From Devosia sp. (lineage in GTDB: Bacteria; Pseudomonadota; Alphaproteobacteria; Rhizobiales; Devosiaceae), in NCBI GenBank assembly GCA_039934955.1, contig JBDTLB010000083.1:23492-87491 (forward strand): a DNA stretch of 64,000 bases, read 5' to 3'. Made by a program: the position numbers and the translations under genes. Shown here one piece after another: positions 28,136-38,309 of the stretch. The notes beneath the pieces were generated by a model. That model was given only the letters and a program-made list of their open reading frames with translations, was not told the DNA's origin and searched no databases. Positions within the stretch are counted from its first letter, which is position 1. Every line of letters starts with the position of its first letter.

Positions 28136-29995
28136 ATGGCTGCAAATCCCTTGTTCGCGGTCCTAGTCCTGCTGGTCGTTGCGGTGGCGCTGGTTCCTGT
28201 CTTCAAATGGCTCGGCCTCGGCACGGTGCTGGGCTATCTGGCCGCCGGCATCGCCGTCGGCCCGTATGGCTTCCGCCTGATCTCCGACACCGAGACGATC
28301 CGCTCGGTCTCCGAGTTCGGCGTCGTCATCATGCTGTTCCTCATTGGCCTTGACGTGCATCCGCTCGAGCTCTGGCGCTTACGCCACAAGGTGCTCGGTC
28401 TCGGCGTCGCCCAGGTGCTGGTGACCAGCGCCCTGCTTACCGCCATCACCTTCGGGGCCGGCCTCCACTGGCAGGCCGCCCTGATCGTCGGCCTCGCGCT
28501 CGCCATGTCGTCGACGGCCATCGCCATGCAATCGGTACAGCAGCGTTCGTTGACCATGACCGATACCGGCCGCGCCACGCTGGTGACGCTGCTGGTCCAG
28601 GACATGGCCGTGATCCCGATCCTGGCTTTGATCCCGGTGCTCGCTGCCACCCGGCGCGTCCAGCCCAATATGGGTCAGAAGGCGATCGAGAACGCCGCCG
28701 ACGTCGTCACCAACCCCTATAGCTGGTGGATCGCGCTGGTGATCATTGGCAGTTTTGTCGCTGTGGTTTTCGCCTCACGCTACCTCGTCAATCCGCTGAT
28801 GCGCTGGGTTGCGACCGCCAAGGTGCCGGAAGCCTTCACAGCGCTCGGCCTGCTGCTCGTCATCGGCGCCGCATTCGCTACTGAGAGCCTCGGACTGTCG
28901 CCGGCGCTCGGCGCCTTCATGGGCGGCGTGCTGCTAGCCGATAGCGAATACCGCCACGAGCTCGAGGGCAATCTCGAGCCATTCAAGGGCCTTCTGCTCG
29001 GCCTGTTCTTCATCACCGTTGGCATGGGCATCGCCTTCGGCGTGCTGTTCGCCGAGCCGCTTCGCGTCCTCAGTCTCGTCGCCATCGTCATCGGCGTAAA
29101 GATCGCCGTACTCTATGTGCTCGGCACGTTCTTCAAGATGCATGTCGCCGATCGCCTGCTGCTGGCGATCCTGTTGAGCCAGGCCGGAGAGTTCGCATTT
29201 GTCCTGCTGCAATTCGCGCAGTCTGCCGCTGTCCTGCCCCAGAAGGACCATCAGCTCTGGGCCGTCGTCGTCGCCCTCACCATGGCGCTGACGCCGTTCC
29301 TGATCCTGTTGTTCGACCGTGTCTGGGTACCGCGCATCAACGCCGCCCGCTCGCTGCCGTCCATCCCCGATGACCTGCCCGGTGGCCGCGCGGTAATCGT
29401 TCTCGGCTACGGACGTTTCGGCCAGATCGTCACCCGCCTGTTGCGCGCCCAGGGCTACCCGATGACGCTCATCGACGATGATCCAGCGCAGATCGAGCTG
29501 GTCAAACGCTTCGGCGTAAAAGTGTTCTACGGCGATGGCGCCCGCGTCGATATCTTGAGAGCGGCTGGCGCTGCCGAGGCCCGGATGATCGTCATCGCTG
29601 TGGCGGGCGGCGACCGCGTCCTCGCCATCGCAGAGCTGATCCGTCGCAACTTCCCGGGCGTAAAGATCGCCGCCCGCGCCATCGATCGCAGCCACGCCCA
29701 TCAACTAATGGCACTCGGCGTCGACGTGTTCGAACGCGAGACCTTTCGCGCTGCCATCACGCTCGGCGAAAAGGCCCTCGTCGCCCTCGGCCGCTCGCCC
29801 GAAGATGCGCGACGCCTCGCCGCCGCCTTCGAATCGCACGACGAAACCCTGCTCAATGAATCCTATGAACTACGTGACGACCGCGACGCCTATATTGGCT
29901 TCGTACGTAAATCGACCGAGATGCTCGACAAGGTCATGCAAGCGGACGGCGACCGCACCAAACCCAGCAAGCCCGAAGATAAAGCCGCCGAATAG
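28136..29995 (+). CDS. KefB/KefC-type K+/H+ antiporter (CPA2)
   Basis: SEYRHELE, QAGEFAFV and the KTN motif GYGRFGQIV. Confidence 0.92.
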   Translation: MAANPLFAVLVLLVVAVALVPVFKWLGLGTVLGYLAAGIAVGPYGFRLISDTETIRSVSEFGVVIMLFLIGLDVHPLELWRLRHKVLGLGVAQVLVTSALLTAITFGAGLHWQAALIVGLALAMSSTAIAMQSVQQRSLTMTDTGRATLVTLLVQDMAVIPILALIPVLAATRRVQPNMGQKAIENAADVVTNPYSWWIALVIIGSFVAVVFASRYLVNPLMRWVATAKVPEAFTALGLLLVIGAAFATESLGLSPALGAFMGGVLLADSEYRHELEGNLEPFKGLLLGLFFITVGMGIAFGVLFAEPLRVLSLVAIVIGVKIAVLYVLGTFFKMHVADRLLLAILLSQAGEFAFVLLQFAQSAAVLPQKDHQLWAVVVALTMALTPFLILLFDRVWVPRINAARSLPSIPDDLPGGRAVIVLGYGRFGQIVTRLLRAQGYPMTLIDDDPAQIELVKRFGVKVFYGDGARVDILRAAGAAEARMIVIAVAGGDRVLAIAELIRRNFPGVKIAARAIDRSHAHQLMALGVDVFERETFRAAITLGEKALVALGRSPEDARRLAAAFESHDETLLNESYELRDDRDAYIGFVRKSTEMLDKVMQADGDRTKPSKPEDKAAE

Positions 29996-30136
29996 TTCAA
30001 GGGTTAGCCGCCAGCCAGACGAGTGATATGCGTCCGGCACTGAAGGCGAGCAGCTGCCAACGATTTTCCCTGCGTCTTGACAACGCTGCGACGGCGTCGT
30101 CCGGATGGCACGCTTTCCCGCCGCCTTGAGTCCCCG

Positions 30137-30907
30137 ATGATTGATTATTGGTTCTGGTCCGTTGCAGTCGCGACGATCGCCATCGTTGCACTGAGCAAAT
30201 CGGGATTCTTGGGCAGCCTTGGCATGATGGGCGTGCCGCTGCTCTCGCTGCTGATGCCGGCCCGCGAGGCGGCCGGTATGCTGCTGCCGCTGCTCTGCTT
30301 GATGGACATCATCGGACTGCTCGCCTTCCGCCGCGAGTTCGACCCTCGCAACGTCCGCATCCTGCTGATCGGCGGCCTCAGCGGCACCCTCGTCGGCTGG
30401 GCCCTTTGGACAATCATCACCGACGCGCAGGTCCTGCTCATCGTCGGCATCATTACGCTGCTCTTCGTTTTCGACGCCGTCGTGCCCTGGCGGAAAAAGC
30501 TTGCGGAAGGCGCGCCGCCGTCGCGGCCCTGGGGAATTTTCTGGGGCGGCGTCGCCGGTCTTACCAGTTTCATCAGCCACACCGGCGGTCCGCCAGCCCA
30601 GATCTATCTGCTGCCGCAGAAACTGCCGCCCAACATCTACTCGGGCACCACAGTGGTGTTCTTCGCTGCCATCAATTTCTCCAAGCTCATTCCCTATTAT
30701 TTTCTGGGCCAGCTCTCGGTGGCGAACCTCGAACTCGATCTTCTGCTCGCCCCCGCCGCCATCATCTTCATGCTGGCGGGCGTTTGGCTCGTGCGACGCG
30801 TCTCCGCAGCCTTGTTCTACAATATCGCCTACGTGCTGGTATTTTTCGTTGCCCTCAAACTGATCTATGACGGCTATCTCGGCGTCTTCGCCGCGGGTCA
30901 TGCATGA
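30137..30907 (+). CDS. TauE/SafE family exporter
   Basis: Multi-TM protein with SKSGF..GMMGVPL and SHTGGPP motifs. Confidence 0.88.
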   Translation: MIDYWFWSVAVATIAIVALSKSGFLGSLGMMGVPLLSLLMPAREAAGMLLPLLCLMDIIGLLAFRREFDPRNVRILLIGGLSGTLVGWALWTIITDAQVLLIVGIITLLFVFDAVVPWRKKLAEGAPPSRPWGIFWGGVAGLTSFISHTGGPPAQIYLLPQKLPPNIYSGTTVVFFAAINFSKLIPYYFLGQLSVANLELDLLLAPAAIIFMLAGVWLVRRVSAALFYNIAYVLVFFVALKLIYDGYLGVFAAGHA

Positions 30908-31308
30908 GTCTACCGAGCTATCGCCTCGATCACATCGCGCTGCTTGTCCGCGACCTTGATGAAAGCATCGCCTTTCTGGTCAGCGTGCTCGGCCTCGCGG
31001 AGACCAGCAACCCAATGGGCGGAACGGCGATCCGGTGGATTGAAATCGGCGATGGTCGCCGCTTCCACGTACAGGCCGGCGACATCTCGAACGTACATGT
31101 CGAAAAGCAGACCCACTTTGCCCTAACCGCATCGAACTTCGACGCGACACTCGCGCGTTTGCGCGAGACAGGCATTGTCTTCTCCGACATGAAGGGCACG
31201 CCGGGTGCCATCAACATCCGACCCGACGGCATGCGGGCCATCTTCCTCAAGGACCCCAACGGCTACTGGTTCGAGATCAACGACTGGCAAGCCCTAGCGG
31301 TTGGCTGA
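30904..31308 (+). CDS. VOC/glyoxalase family protein
   Basis: LDHIALLVRDL, HFAL and FLKDPNGYWFEI motifs. Confidence 0.9.
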   Translation: MSLPSYRLDHIALLVRDLDESIAFLVSVLGLAETSNPMGGTAIRWIEIGDGRRFHVQAGDISNVHVEKQTHFALTASNFDATLARLRETGIVFSDMKGTPGAINIRPDGMRAIFLKDPNGYWFEINDWQALAVG

Positions 31309-31429
31309 TCCAACCCTTGGATCGATCGGCCAGAGCAGAAAAAGGACAGTTGGCTGATCGAGCCCTGTTGGATCGATCAGCCAGAAGCGCGAGGCCCAGC
31401 GAGCACTTTGGGATCGATTGGTCCAGAGC
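31297..31429. repeat. Tandem array of 3 palindromic units (family A, locus 3)
   Basis: Units GGTTGGCTGATC...TTGGATCGATCGGCCAGAGC at about 31297, 31347 and 31393; the third is degenerate. Confidence 0.75.
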
Positions 31430-31435
31430 GCAAAC

Positions 31436-31467
31436 AAATCAAAAGGCCCGGGGAGGAACCCGGGCCT
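31436..31467 (-). terminator. Terminator of the minus-strand DUF465 gene
   Basis: AGGCCCGGG-gaggaa-CCCGGGCCT with an A-tract on the left. Confidence 0.7.
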
Positions 31468-31490
31468 GATTCATTGCCGCGCTATCCTGC

Positions 31491-31664
31491 TCACGCTGCC
31501 TGGGCGCCGAGCTTTTGGAGTTCGTCCTTGATTTCGAGCTTTTTGCGCTTGAGCGCCGCGACCATCAGGTCGTCTTGGACAAGATGGGTCATCTCGTCTT
31601 CGATCTGGCGATCGAGCTCCCTGTGCCGTCTCTCGAGGGCAGCGATATGGCCTTCAGTCGTCAT
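31491..31664 (-). CDS. DUF465/YdcH family protein
   Basis: LERRHRELDRQI...LKRKKLEIKDEL. Confidence 0.85.
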   Translation of the reverse strand: MTTEGHIAALERRHRELDRQIEDEMTHLVQDDLMVAALKRKKLEIKDELQKLGAQAA

Positions 31665-31826
31665 GACAACTCCTTTCAAGCATTTCGAACGACTCGATGG
31701 TAAAAAAAGACATGCCCGTTGTCGACCGCTTCACCGAAGAGTGGAAAAGCAGGTGTGAATTGCCCCGCTGATGCGTTAACCATCAGCCATAAACTGCCCG
31801 AAATCCGGGGAGTTCGAGGCCTCACC

Positions 31827-32042
31827 ATGCTGCCGCTGAGCAAGGAACAGGAAGCTGCGCTGGGGCTTGAGCTGGCGACAAAGCGGCAAGAACATGCCGA
31901 TCTTGATGCCGCGATCCACACCCTTGGCGGCTCCCGGCTTGCCGACCAGATGCTGATCCAGCGCCTCAAGAAGCGCAAACTGGCTCTCAAGGACCGCATC
32001 ACACAACTAGAGAACCTGCTGATCCCGGACATCATCGCTTGA
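31827..32042 (+). CDS. DUF465 family protein
   Basis: EHADLDAAI...[13 protein letters not shown]...PDIIA; upstream of purE. Confidence 0.88.
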   Translation: MLPLSKEQEAALGLELATKRQEHADLDAAIHTLGGSRLADQMLIQRLKKRKLALKDRITQLENLLIPDIIA

Positions 32043-32091
32043 GACCCGGGGCATTTTTCGCTACACGCGCGGACTTCCGGGGGTCTTGAAC

Positions 32092-32583
32092 ATGCCGGCT
32101 AAGCCGTCTGTAGCCATCGTCATGGGCAGCCAGTCCGACTGGTCGACCATGAAGCATGCCGCTGAGACCCTCGACGCACTGAAGATCCCCTATGAATCAC
32201 GCATTGTCTCGGCCCATCGCACCCCCGACCGGCTGGTCGAATTCGCCAAAGGCGCCAAGGCCGCCGGCTTCAAGCTGGTGATCGCCGGTGCCGGTGGCGC
32301 CGCCCATCTCCCGGGCATGATCGCCTCGATGACCACGCTGCCGGTGTTCGGCGTGCCGGTGCAGTCCAAGGCGCTGAGCGGCCAGGACAGCCTGCTCTCG
32401 ATCGTCCAGATGCCCGCCGGCATCCCGGTCGGAACCCTCGCCATCGGCGAGGCCGGGGCCGTCAACGCCGCCCTCCTCGCGGCAGCCGTCCTCGCGCTCA
32501 ACGACAAGCGCCTCGACGCCGCCCTCACCAAGCATCGGGCCGAGCAGACCGCCAAGGTCGCGGAATTCCCGAAGGATGAGTGA
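32092..32583 (+). CDS. purE: N5-CAIR mutase
   Basis: MGSQSD, SAHRTP, GAAHLPG and VQMPAGIPV motifs. Confidence 0.97.
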   Translation: MPAKPSVAIVMGSQSDWSTMKHAAETLDALKIPYESRIVSAHRTPDRLVEFAKGAKAAGFKLVIAGAGGAAHLPGMIASMTTLPVFGVPVQSKALSGQDSLLSIVQMPAGIPVGTLAIGEAGAVNAALLAAAVLALNDKRLDAALTKHRAEQTAKVAEFPKDE

Positions 32584-33658
32584 GCCGCTCCCGCTGGGCT
32601 CGACCGTCGGCATCCTCGGCGGCGGCCAACTCGGTCGCATGCTGGCACTCGCCGCAGCCCGCCTCGGCTTCAAGACTCACATCTATTGCCCAGACAAGCA
32701 GAGTCCGGCCTTCGAGGTCACGCCGCACAAGACCATCGCCGCCTACGACGATCACCCAGCGCTCGCTGCCTTCGCGTCCATGGTCGATGTCGTCACTTAC
32801 GAGTTCGAGAACGTCCCCGCCGGCACCGCGGAAACGCTCGCCGCATTGAAACCGCTCCGTCCCGGCGCCAACGCGCTGTCGATCTCACAGGACCGACTGG
32901 CCGAAAAGTCGTTCATTGCTGGTCTCGGCATCCCGGTTGCACCGCATCGCGCGGTCCACACCCCGGACGACCTGACCGCCGCGCTGCGTGATCTCGGCGC
33001 CCCCGCCATCCTCAAAACCACGCGCCTAGGTTATGACGGCAAGGGCCAGCGCATCCTGCGCAGCGACGCCAACGCGGCCGCCGCCTTCGCCGATCTCGCG
33101 CCGCACCCGCTGGTGCTCGAAGCGTTCGTGCCATTCGCCCGCGAAATCTCCGTGGTCATCGCACGCGGCGTCAACGGCGTCACCGCCGCCTTCGATCCGG
33201 CCGAGAACGTCCACCGCGACGGCATCCTTTTCACCTCCACCGTCCCCGCCGCGATCAGCGCCGAAACCGCCACGGCCGCCCAAGCCTATGCGCGCCGGAT
33301 TGCCGAGGCCCTCAAATATGTCGGTGTGCTCTCCGTTGAGTTCTTCGTCCTCGCCGACGGCACGCTGGTGGTCAACGAGATCGCCCCGCGCGTCCACAAT
33401 TCAGGGCATTGGACCGAGGCCGTGTGCATCACCGACCAGTTCGAACAACACATCCGGGCCATCGCCGGCTGGCCCCTCGGCGATCCGGCGCGCCTAGCCG
33501 ACGTCGTCATGGAAAACCTCATCGGCGACGAGATCGCCGCCATCCCGGCGGCGCTTGTTCCCGGCATCCGTCCACATGCCTACGGCAAGTCCGAGTCGCG
33601 GCAGGGCCGAAAAATGGGTCATCTCAATCGGGTTGCCGTCAAAACCCTACAGAAATAG
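32576..33658 (+). CDS. purK: N5-CAIR synthase
   Basis: [15 protein letters not shown] and [12 protein letters not shown] motifs. Confidence 0.97.
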   Translation: MSEPLPLGSTVGILGGGQLGRMLALAAARLGFKTHIYCPDKQSPAFEVTPHKTIAAYDDHPALAAFASMVDVVTYEFENVPAGTAETLAALKPLRPGANALSISQDRLAEKSFIAGLGIPVAPHRAVHTPDDLTAALRDLGAPAILKTTRLGYDGKGQRILRSDANAAAAFADLAPHPLVLEAFVPFAREISVVIARGVNGVTAAFDPAENVHRDGILFTSTVPAAISAETATAAQAYARRIAEALKYVGVLSVEFFVLADGTLVVNEIAPRVHNSGHWTEAVCITDQFEQHIRAIAGWPLGDPARLADVVMENLIGDEIAAIPAALVPGIRPHAYGKSESRQGRKMGHLNRVAVKTLQK

Positions 33659-33681
33659 GCGCTTTTTCGCCGTTCCACCCG

Positions 33682-33710
33682 TGGACAAGCCGCAGACCTT
33701 CAACTATATA
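33682..33710 (+). promoter_or_regulatory. Sigma70-type promoter of rpsU
   Basis: TGGACA-N17-TATATA. Confidence 0.6.
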
Positions 33711-33807
33711 CGCCGTCCACGGTGACCGGCTTGCTGGTCGGCGCGATTGTCTTTGGTGACCGCGCTTGCTTCAACAACTGATGACGATTTACGAAGGGCG
33801 TATCCGC

Positions 33808-34074
33808 TTGCAAGTAGTTGTTCGCGATAACAATGTTGACCAGGCGCTGCGAGCGCTCAAGAAAAAGCTGCAGCGCGAAGGTGTATTCCGCGAGATGAAG
33901 CTGCGGAACTACTACGAGAAGCCCTCCGAGAAAAAGGCGCGCCAGAAGGCCGAGGCCGTGCGCCGCGCCCGCAAGCTGGCCCGCAAGCGTGCCCAGCGCG
34001 AAGGCGGCCTGCCCGCCACTCCCGCCGCCGCTGGCGCCGCTGCAGCCCGTCCGGCTCGCCCCGAGCGGTCGTAA
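33808..34074 (+). CDS. rpsU: 30S ribosomal protein S21
   Basis: TTG start, [19 protein letters not shown]...YEKPSE. Confidence 0.95.
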   Translation: MQVVVRDNNVDQALRALKKKLQREGVFREMKLRNYYEKPSEKKARQKAEAVRRARKLARKRAQREGGLPATPAAAGAAAARPARPERS

Positions 34075-34182
34075 GATTGACGCCGCCCCCGGGCGGCGTT
34101 TGTCATCCGAGTTCCGCGTAAGACGATTATCCAGCCCCTAGTTTCGGGGGCGTCAGTCCAAACCACCACTGAGGGAATCACA

Positions 34183-34656
34183 ATGAACAAATTGCTCGCT
34201 ACTGCCGCTGTTGCCGCCCTGGCCCTGACCGGCGCCGTCGGCACTGCCCAGGCCGCCTCCACCGTCAAGGTCGGCATCCTGACCTGCGACGTCCAGCCCG
34301 GCTTCGGCTACCTGATCGGCTCCGACAAGAGCCTCGATTGCTCATTCAAGCCGTCCAAGGGTGGCAAGACCGAGCATTACTCGGGCTCGATCAAAAAGCT
34401 CGGCATCGATGTCGGCTTCACCGGCGGTGAGAAGATTGCATGGCTCGTCTTCGCGGCCCAGAAGGCCCCGACCAGCAAGCATGCCCTCGCCGGCAACTAC
34501 GTTGGCGCCTCGCATGAAGTGACCATCGGCCTCGGCCTCGGCGGCAATTGGCTCATCGGCGGTTCCAACAAGGCGTTCGCCCTGCAGCCGTGGAGCATTC
34601 AGGGCCAGGTTGGCCTGAACTGGTCGCTGACCTGGACCAATCTTACCCTCAACTAA
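34183..34656 (+). CDS. DUF992 family secreted protein
   Basis: Signal peptide, VGILTCDV, GIDVG, LAGNYVG and ALQPWS motifs. Confidence 0.85.
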   Translation: MNKLLATAAVAALALTGAVGTAQAASTVKVGILTCDVQPGFGYLIGSDKSLDCSFKPSKGGKTEHYSGSIKKLGIDVGFTGGEKIAWLVFAAQKAPTSKHALAGNYVGASHEVTIGLGLGGNWLIGGSNKAFALQPWSIQGQVGLNWSLTWTNLTLN

Positions 34657-34677
34657 GATCGACTCCATCGAAATTAG

Positions 34678-34707
34678 AACGCCGGTTCTCTGGGCCGGCG
34701 TTTTTTT
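34678..34707 (+). terminator. Intrinsic terminator after the DUF992 gene
   Basis: AACGCCGG...CCGGCG followed by T7. Confidence 0.75.
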
Positions 34708-34711
34708 GCGG

Positions 34712-35533
34712 CTAGCGCCCCAGCTTCGCCTCTTCCGCGGCAAAGAACGCCTTGGCCTTATCCCACTCGCCCGCCGCCCACAGATCGTCGTGGTCGGCGC
34801 CCGGCTCGATCCAGATGCCTGCCTTGTTCGGCGCCAGATCGTACACCCGCTGCCCGTGCTGTACCCCGATGGTCTTGTCGCCGGTGCCGTGCGCCACGAA
34901 CACCGGCTCGGTGACCTTCAGAATCCACTGGTCGACCGGATATTTATCCGACATGAGCAGATCGACCGGCAGGAACCAGTAGCGGTCCTGACCCACCGCC
35001 GTCGCGGAGTCGAACGGCGTTTCAAGCCACAGCGCATCTGCGTCGCGTTCGCTGGCCGCATAGGTTGCTGGACCGGTGCCAAGCGAGCGGCCCCAGATCA
35101 CCGTCGGAAAGCCTTTGGCCTTGGCCCAGTCGAATGCCGCAAGCCCATCCTCAAGCACATGGTCCTGCGTGATGTCGCCCGGCGTGGTGCCGAAGCCCCG
35201 ATAGTCGAACGCGAGGAAGCCATAGCCACCCGCCTCCATCGCCTCGTAACGCACATGCTCGCGCGAAAAGCTCAGCGCGTTGCCACGGTAATAGACGATC
35301 AGCGGCTTGCCCGCCTGCGGCGCCTCGTACCACCCCACCAGCATCGCCCCGCCGCCGCTCCGAATGCTCACGAGCGCGGCATGCTGCAGCTTGGTCTCGC
35401 TCAGCTCAAACATCTTGCCACCGGCCTCGTACTGCAGCGTCCGCTGGTTGATGGAAATGTATGCCAGCAGCCCCGCATAGGCGAGCACCACGACCAACAC
35501 GATCCCGCCCAGGATCCTCCAGATCCATTTCAT
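34712..35533 (-). CDS. Membrane-anchored alpha/beta hydrolase (ABHD13/BEM46-like)
   Basis: N-terminal TM, DYRGFG, GRSLG nucleophile elbow, HGTGD, GADH. Confidence 0.88.
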   Translation of the reverse strand: MKWIWRILGGIVLVVVLAYAGLLAYISINQRTLQYEAGGKMFELSETKLQHAALVSIRSGGGAMLVGWYEAPQAGKPLIVYYRGNALSFSREHVRYEAMEAGGYGFLAFDYRGFGTTPGDITQDHVLEDGLAAFDWAKAKGFPTVIWGRSLGTGPATYAASERDADALWLETPFDSATAVGQDRYWFLPVDLLMSDKYPVDQWILKVTEPVFVAHGTGDKTIGVQHGQRVYDLAPNKAGIWIEPGADHDDLWAAGEWDKAKAFFAAEEAKLGR

Positions 35534-35564
35534 GTAATACCCTCCGCTGGAGGAGACTACACCG

Positions 35565-36206
35565 TCAGGCGGCTTCTTCGAGCGCCTTCTTGAACGCAGT
35601 CTCGAACACGTCCTCGGGCTGCGCCCCGCTCAGCGCGAAGCGGTTGTCGAAGATGAAGAACGGCACCCCCTGGATGCCCTGCTGCGCCGCGTCGATCGCC
35701 AACTCATGCGACACCGCCAGTTCGCGCGGATCGCGCATGTCAGCCAGCGCTTCCTCGCGCGTGAAACCGAAGCCGGTGGCAATTCCCGCCAGTACCTCCT
35801 CGTCGTTCACCTGCCGGTGGTCGAGAAAATAGGCGGCCGCAATTGCATTGGCGAGCGCATGCTGCGTCCCCTTGGGACGCGCCAGCCGCACCAGCGTGTG
35901 TCCCTTCTGCGTCGGGAACGTCCGCGGCTGCTGACTGAGATCGAGATCAATCCCGGAATTCTTCGCCTCACTCTCGGCCCGCGCCCAGATCGCTTTAGGG
36001 TCGCGTCCATATTTGGCGCGCAGCATCTCGGCCACGTCATAGCCCTCGGGCGGCGTGTTCGGATCGAGGTAGAATGGATGGTTCTCGACATCGACCACGA
36101 CATCGTCCGACAGCGCCGCAATCGCCTTGTCGAGCCGCACCGACCCGATCAGGCACCACGGGCAGACGATATCTGTGAACAGGTCGATCTTGAGCGTGCG
36201 GGCCAT
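35565..36206 (-). CDS. DsbA/FrnE family oxidoreductase
   Basis: DIVCPWC, GIQGVPFF and SGAQP motifs. Confidence 0.9.
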   Translation of the reverse strand: MARTLKIDLFTDIVCPWCLIGSVRLDKAIAALSDDVVVDVENHPFYLDPNTPPEGYDVAEMLRAKYGRDPKAIWARAESEAKNSGIDLDLSQQPRTFPTQKGHTLVRLARPKGTQHALANAIAAAYFLDHRQVNDEEVLAGIATGFGFTREEALADMRDPRELAVSHELAIDAAQQGIQGVPFFIFDNRFALSGAQPEDVFETAFKKALEEAA

Positions 36207-36298
36207 GGCATAAACTCGGCGTTGAACCGGGCCAATATCATAGCCCATCTGCCACGCCGCAAGCAGGCACAGCAATGTGAGTTAGGCCAAGCGCCGGC

Positions 36299-38014
36299 TC
36301 ACGTCCCGATCTTCAACGCCTTGCGCAATAGGTCGAGATGCTCCGGCAAATTGCCGTGCTTGTAGCTGTCTTCCCAGGTCCAGTATTCGGTGTGTGTGAA
36401 CACCCGATTGAGCGGCCAGATTCGGCCCGGCCGCTTGATCGTCACATTGTGCTCGTCGATGCCGTTGCCGAAGATCGGCCTCAATCTGCCCGACACCAGA
36501 TCGCCGAGAAACGGAACGACGCTCTCGTCGCAAATATTGGTCCATTTCACCGCCGCGAAATGCGCGGCGAAATGCGGATATTTCGGCCCGTCGGTGACTG
36601 TCGGATAGAGCATCGAGCCCTGCGTCGGATCGGGCCGCGGCGGACACGCCGCAAAGCGCCGCTGCACGAACCCCTGCTCGAGGTCGGCCGTGCCGTCGGT
36701 CGCGAGGAATTCGGCATGGACCAGCGGCGAACCGAGTGTGATGAGATCAGTGATCCGCCACTGCGGCGCCGCCTGGAACAACTCCTGCCGCAAATTCGCC
36801 TGTGCCGCCAGATAGTCGGCCAGAGGATACGATTCGGCCGGATCGGCGACCCACTCTTTCTTGACGAACGCATCGACATCGGCGAGCGCCGCCTGCACGC
36901 TGGGAACCTCCGGGTGCCATTGCTGGTGATGCGTCGGCCCGTACTTCTCCCAGAACATCTGCAGGATGTCGTAGGCCACGTACGTGCCGAGGCTGTGCGC
37001 CACCAGCACGATGCGGTCATACGCCGGCGGGTCATCGGTCGCCGCCCGCACAAAATCCTGATTGTCGGTGCTGTCCGCCCGCTTCTCATGGATCGCCTCG
37101 AGCAGCGCAAGCCCACGCTCGCGGATCAGCCGCCGCCGCTCGACCGTGCTGGGGGTCGCCCGCACATAGCGCACCACATCGCCCAGATACGGCGCGACGA
37201 GAAAGTGCATGAACGAGCCAACCCCGGCCGTCACCGCCGCCGCCAGCAGATGGCCGCTGATCGCCTGCTTGGCCGGCCACAACGACAGGACCAGACCGCC
37301 CGCCAGCAGCACGGCCGGCAGAAACAGCGGCGTCGTCTCAAGCTTCTGCTGACCGCCTCTCACGCCCTTCACGATCAGCACCGTGAGATATGCCGCCCCC
37401 ACCACATAGGCCACCTGCCCCACCACGATATGATGCAGCGTCAGCCAATCGAGCACCCGGTCGACCGGTCCGAGCAGATTGGCAACCTGCGGATAGGCCG
37501 TCGCGATCGCCGCGAACACCACGATCAGGGCCAGCCCCCACAACATCAGCCAGGCCAGATAGACCCGCGCATGCGCCGGCACCCGCCACGGCGAGCGCAG
37601 CAGCAACCCATCGATCCACGACGTCACCATCTCGACCGGCGTGCCGTCCATGATGTCCGCCCAGTAGAGTTCGAAGAAGTCCGTCCGCTTGGCCGGCCCG
37701 TCATTGAGCGTCGTCAGCCGGCGCAATTCTCCGGAGCCCGTCGTCCCATCTGGCACGATCGCGATCCGCAGCATGTTGTCGTCGTCCGTATCGGTGCTCG
37801 CGAGACTGGTGTCATGTTGGTAGACGCTCTCGACGAACGACCGGATGGTCTCGAGCGGCCGTTGCTCGCCCATCCCATGCACCATGATCACCGCGGTCTT
37901 CGGCGGTGGCTTGGGTTGCGTCGCACGGACCTTCGGTTTGGCCACCGATTTTGCGATTCGCGCTCGCTTCGGCGCCGCTGACGCGACCTTCCGCGCTTCG
38001 TCCAATGCGTCCAT
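36299..38014 (-). CDS. Hypothetical membrane protein with an alpha/beta-hydrolase-like core
   Basis: VHGMG, AHSLG, LITLGSP and THTEYW motifs, with a 4-TM insertion. Confidence 0.65.
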   Translation of the reverse strand: MDALDEARKVASAAPKRARIAKSVAKPKVRATQPKPPPKTAVIMVHGMGEQRPLETIRSFVESVYQHDTSLASTDTDDDNMLRIAIVPDGTTGSGELRRLTTLNDGPAKRTDFFELYWADIMDGTPVEMVTSWIDGLLLRSPWRVPAHARVYLAWLMLWGLALIVVFAAIATAYPQVANLLGPVDRVLDWLTLHHIVVGQVAYVVGAAYLTVLIVKGVRGGQQKLETTPLFLPAVLLAGGLVLSLWPAKQAISGHLLAAAVTAGVGSFMHFLVAPYLGDVVRYVRATPSTVERRRLIRERGLALLEAIHEKRADSTDNQDFVRAATDDPPAYDRIVLVAHSLGTYVAYDILQMFWEKYGPTHHQQWHPEVPSVQAALADVDAFVKKEWVADPAESYPLADYLAAQANLRQELFQAAPQWRITDLITLGSPLVHAEFLATDGTADLEQGFVQRRFAACPPRPDPTQGSMLYPTVTDGPKYPHFAAHFAAVKWTNICDESVVPFLGDLVSGRLRPIFGNGIDEHNVTIKRPGRIWPLNRVFTHTEYWTWEDSYKHGNLPEHLDLLRKALKIGT

Positions 38015-38153
38015 GACTGCCCCTTTGGCGGCCGACAGAAATCAGCAAGACGAATAAAAATGAAGGGCCGCCGCGCCGGCAGCCTAGATCACTCCGCCAG
38101 CACCGGCAAATTGAGGGTTTTACCGATGGCTGCGAGCCTCCTCCCCGCAAACG

Positions 38154-38181
38154 AAAAAGGGCCGCTCGAAAGCGGCCCCTT
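38154..38181 (-). terminator. Minus-strand intrinsic terminator
   Basis: GGGCCGCT-cgaa-AGCGGCCC with an A5 tract on the left. Confidence 0.7.
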
Positions 38182-38210
38182 ACTCCATCCCGGAACCTGA
38201 AAACGGATTG

Positions 38211-38309
38211 TGGTGGGTCAGATGGCGTGGACTTCCGAGAACCGGAGTGGAGGGTACTCAGGTACGTGAGCACCGGAAGCGGAGTAGCTTCGCTGCTAGC
38301 TGGCCACCA
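38211..38309. repeat. Bru-RS/RPE-like palindromic element (family C)
   Basis: TGGTGG(G)TCAG...CTGGCCACCA ends enclose TTCCG..CCGG...GTAC-N4-GTACGTGAGCACCGGAAGCG, which I recall as the core of alphaproteobacterial palindromic repeats. Confidence 0.55.

Noticed and set aside
37812-38273. 153-aa minus-strand ORF
   Set aside because: Starts inside the palindromic repeat, crosses a terminator and overlaps the next gene out of frame.
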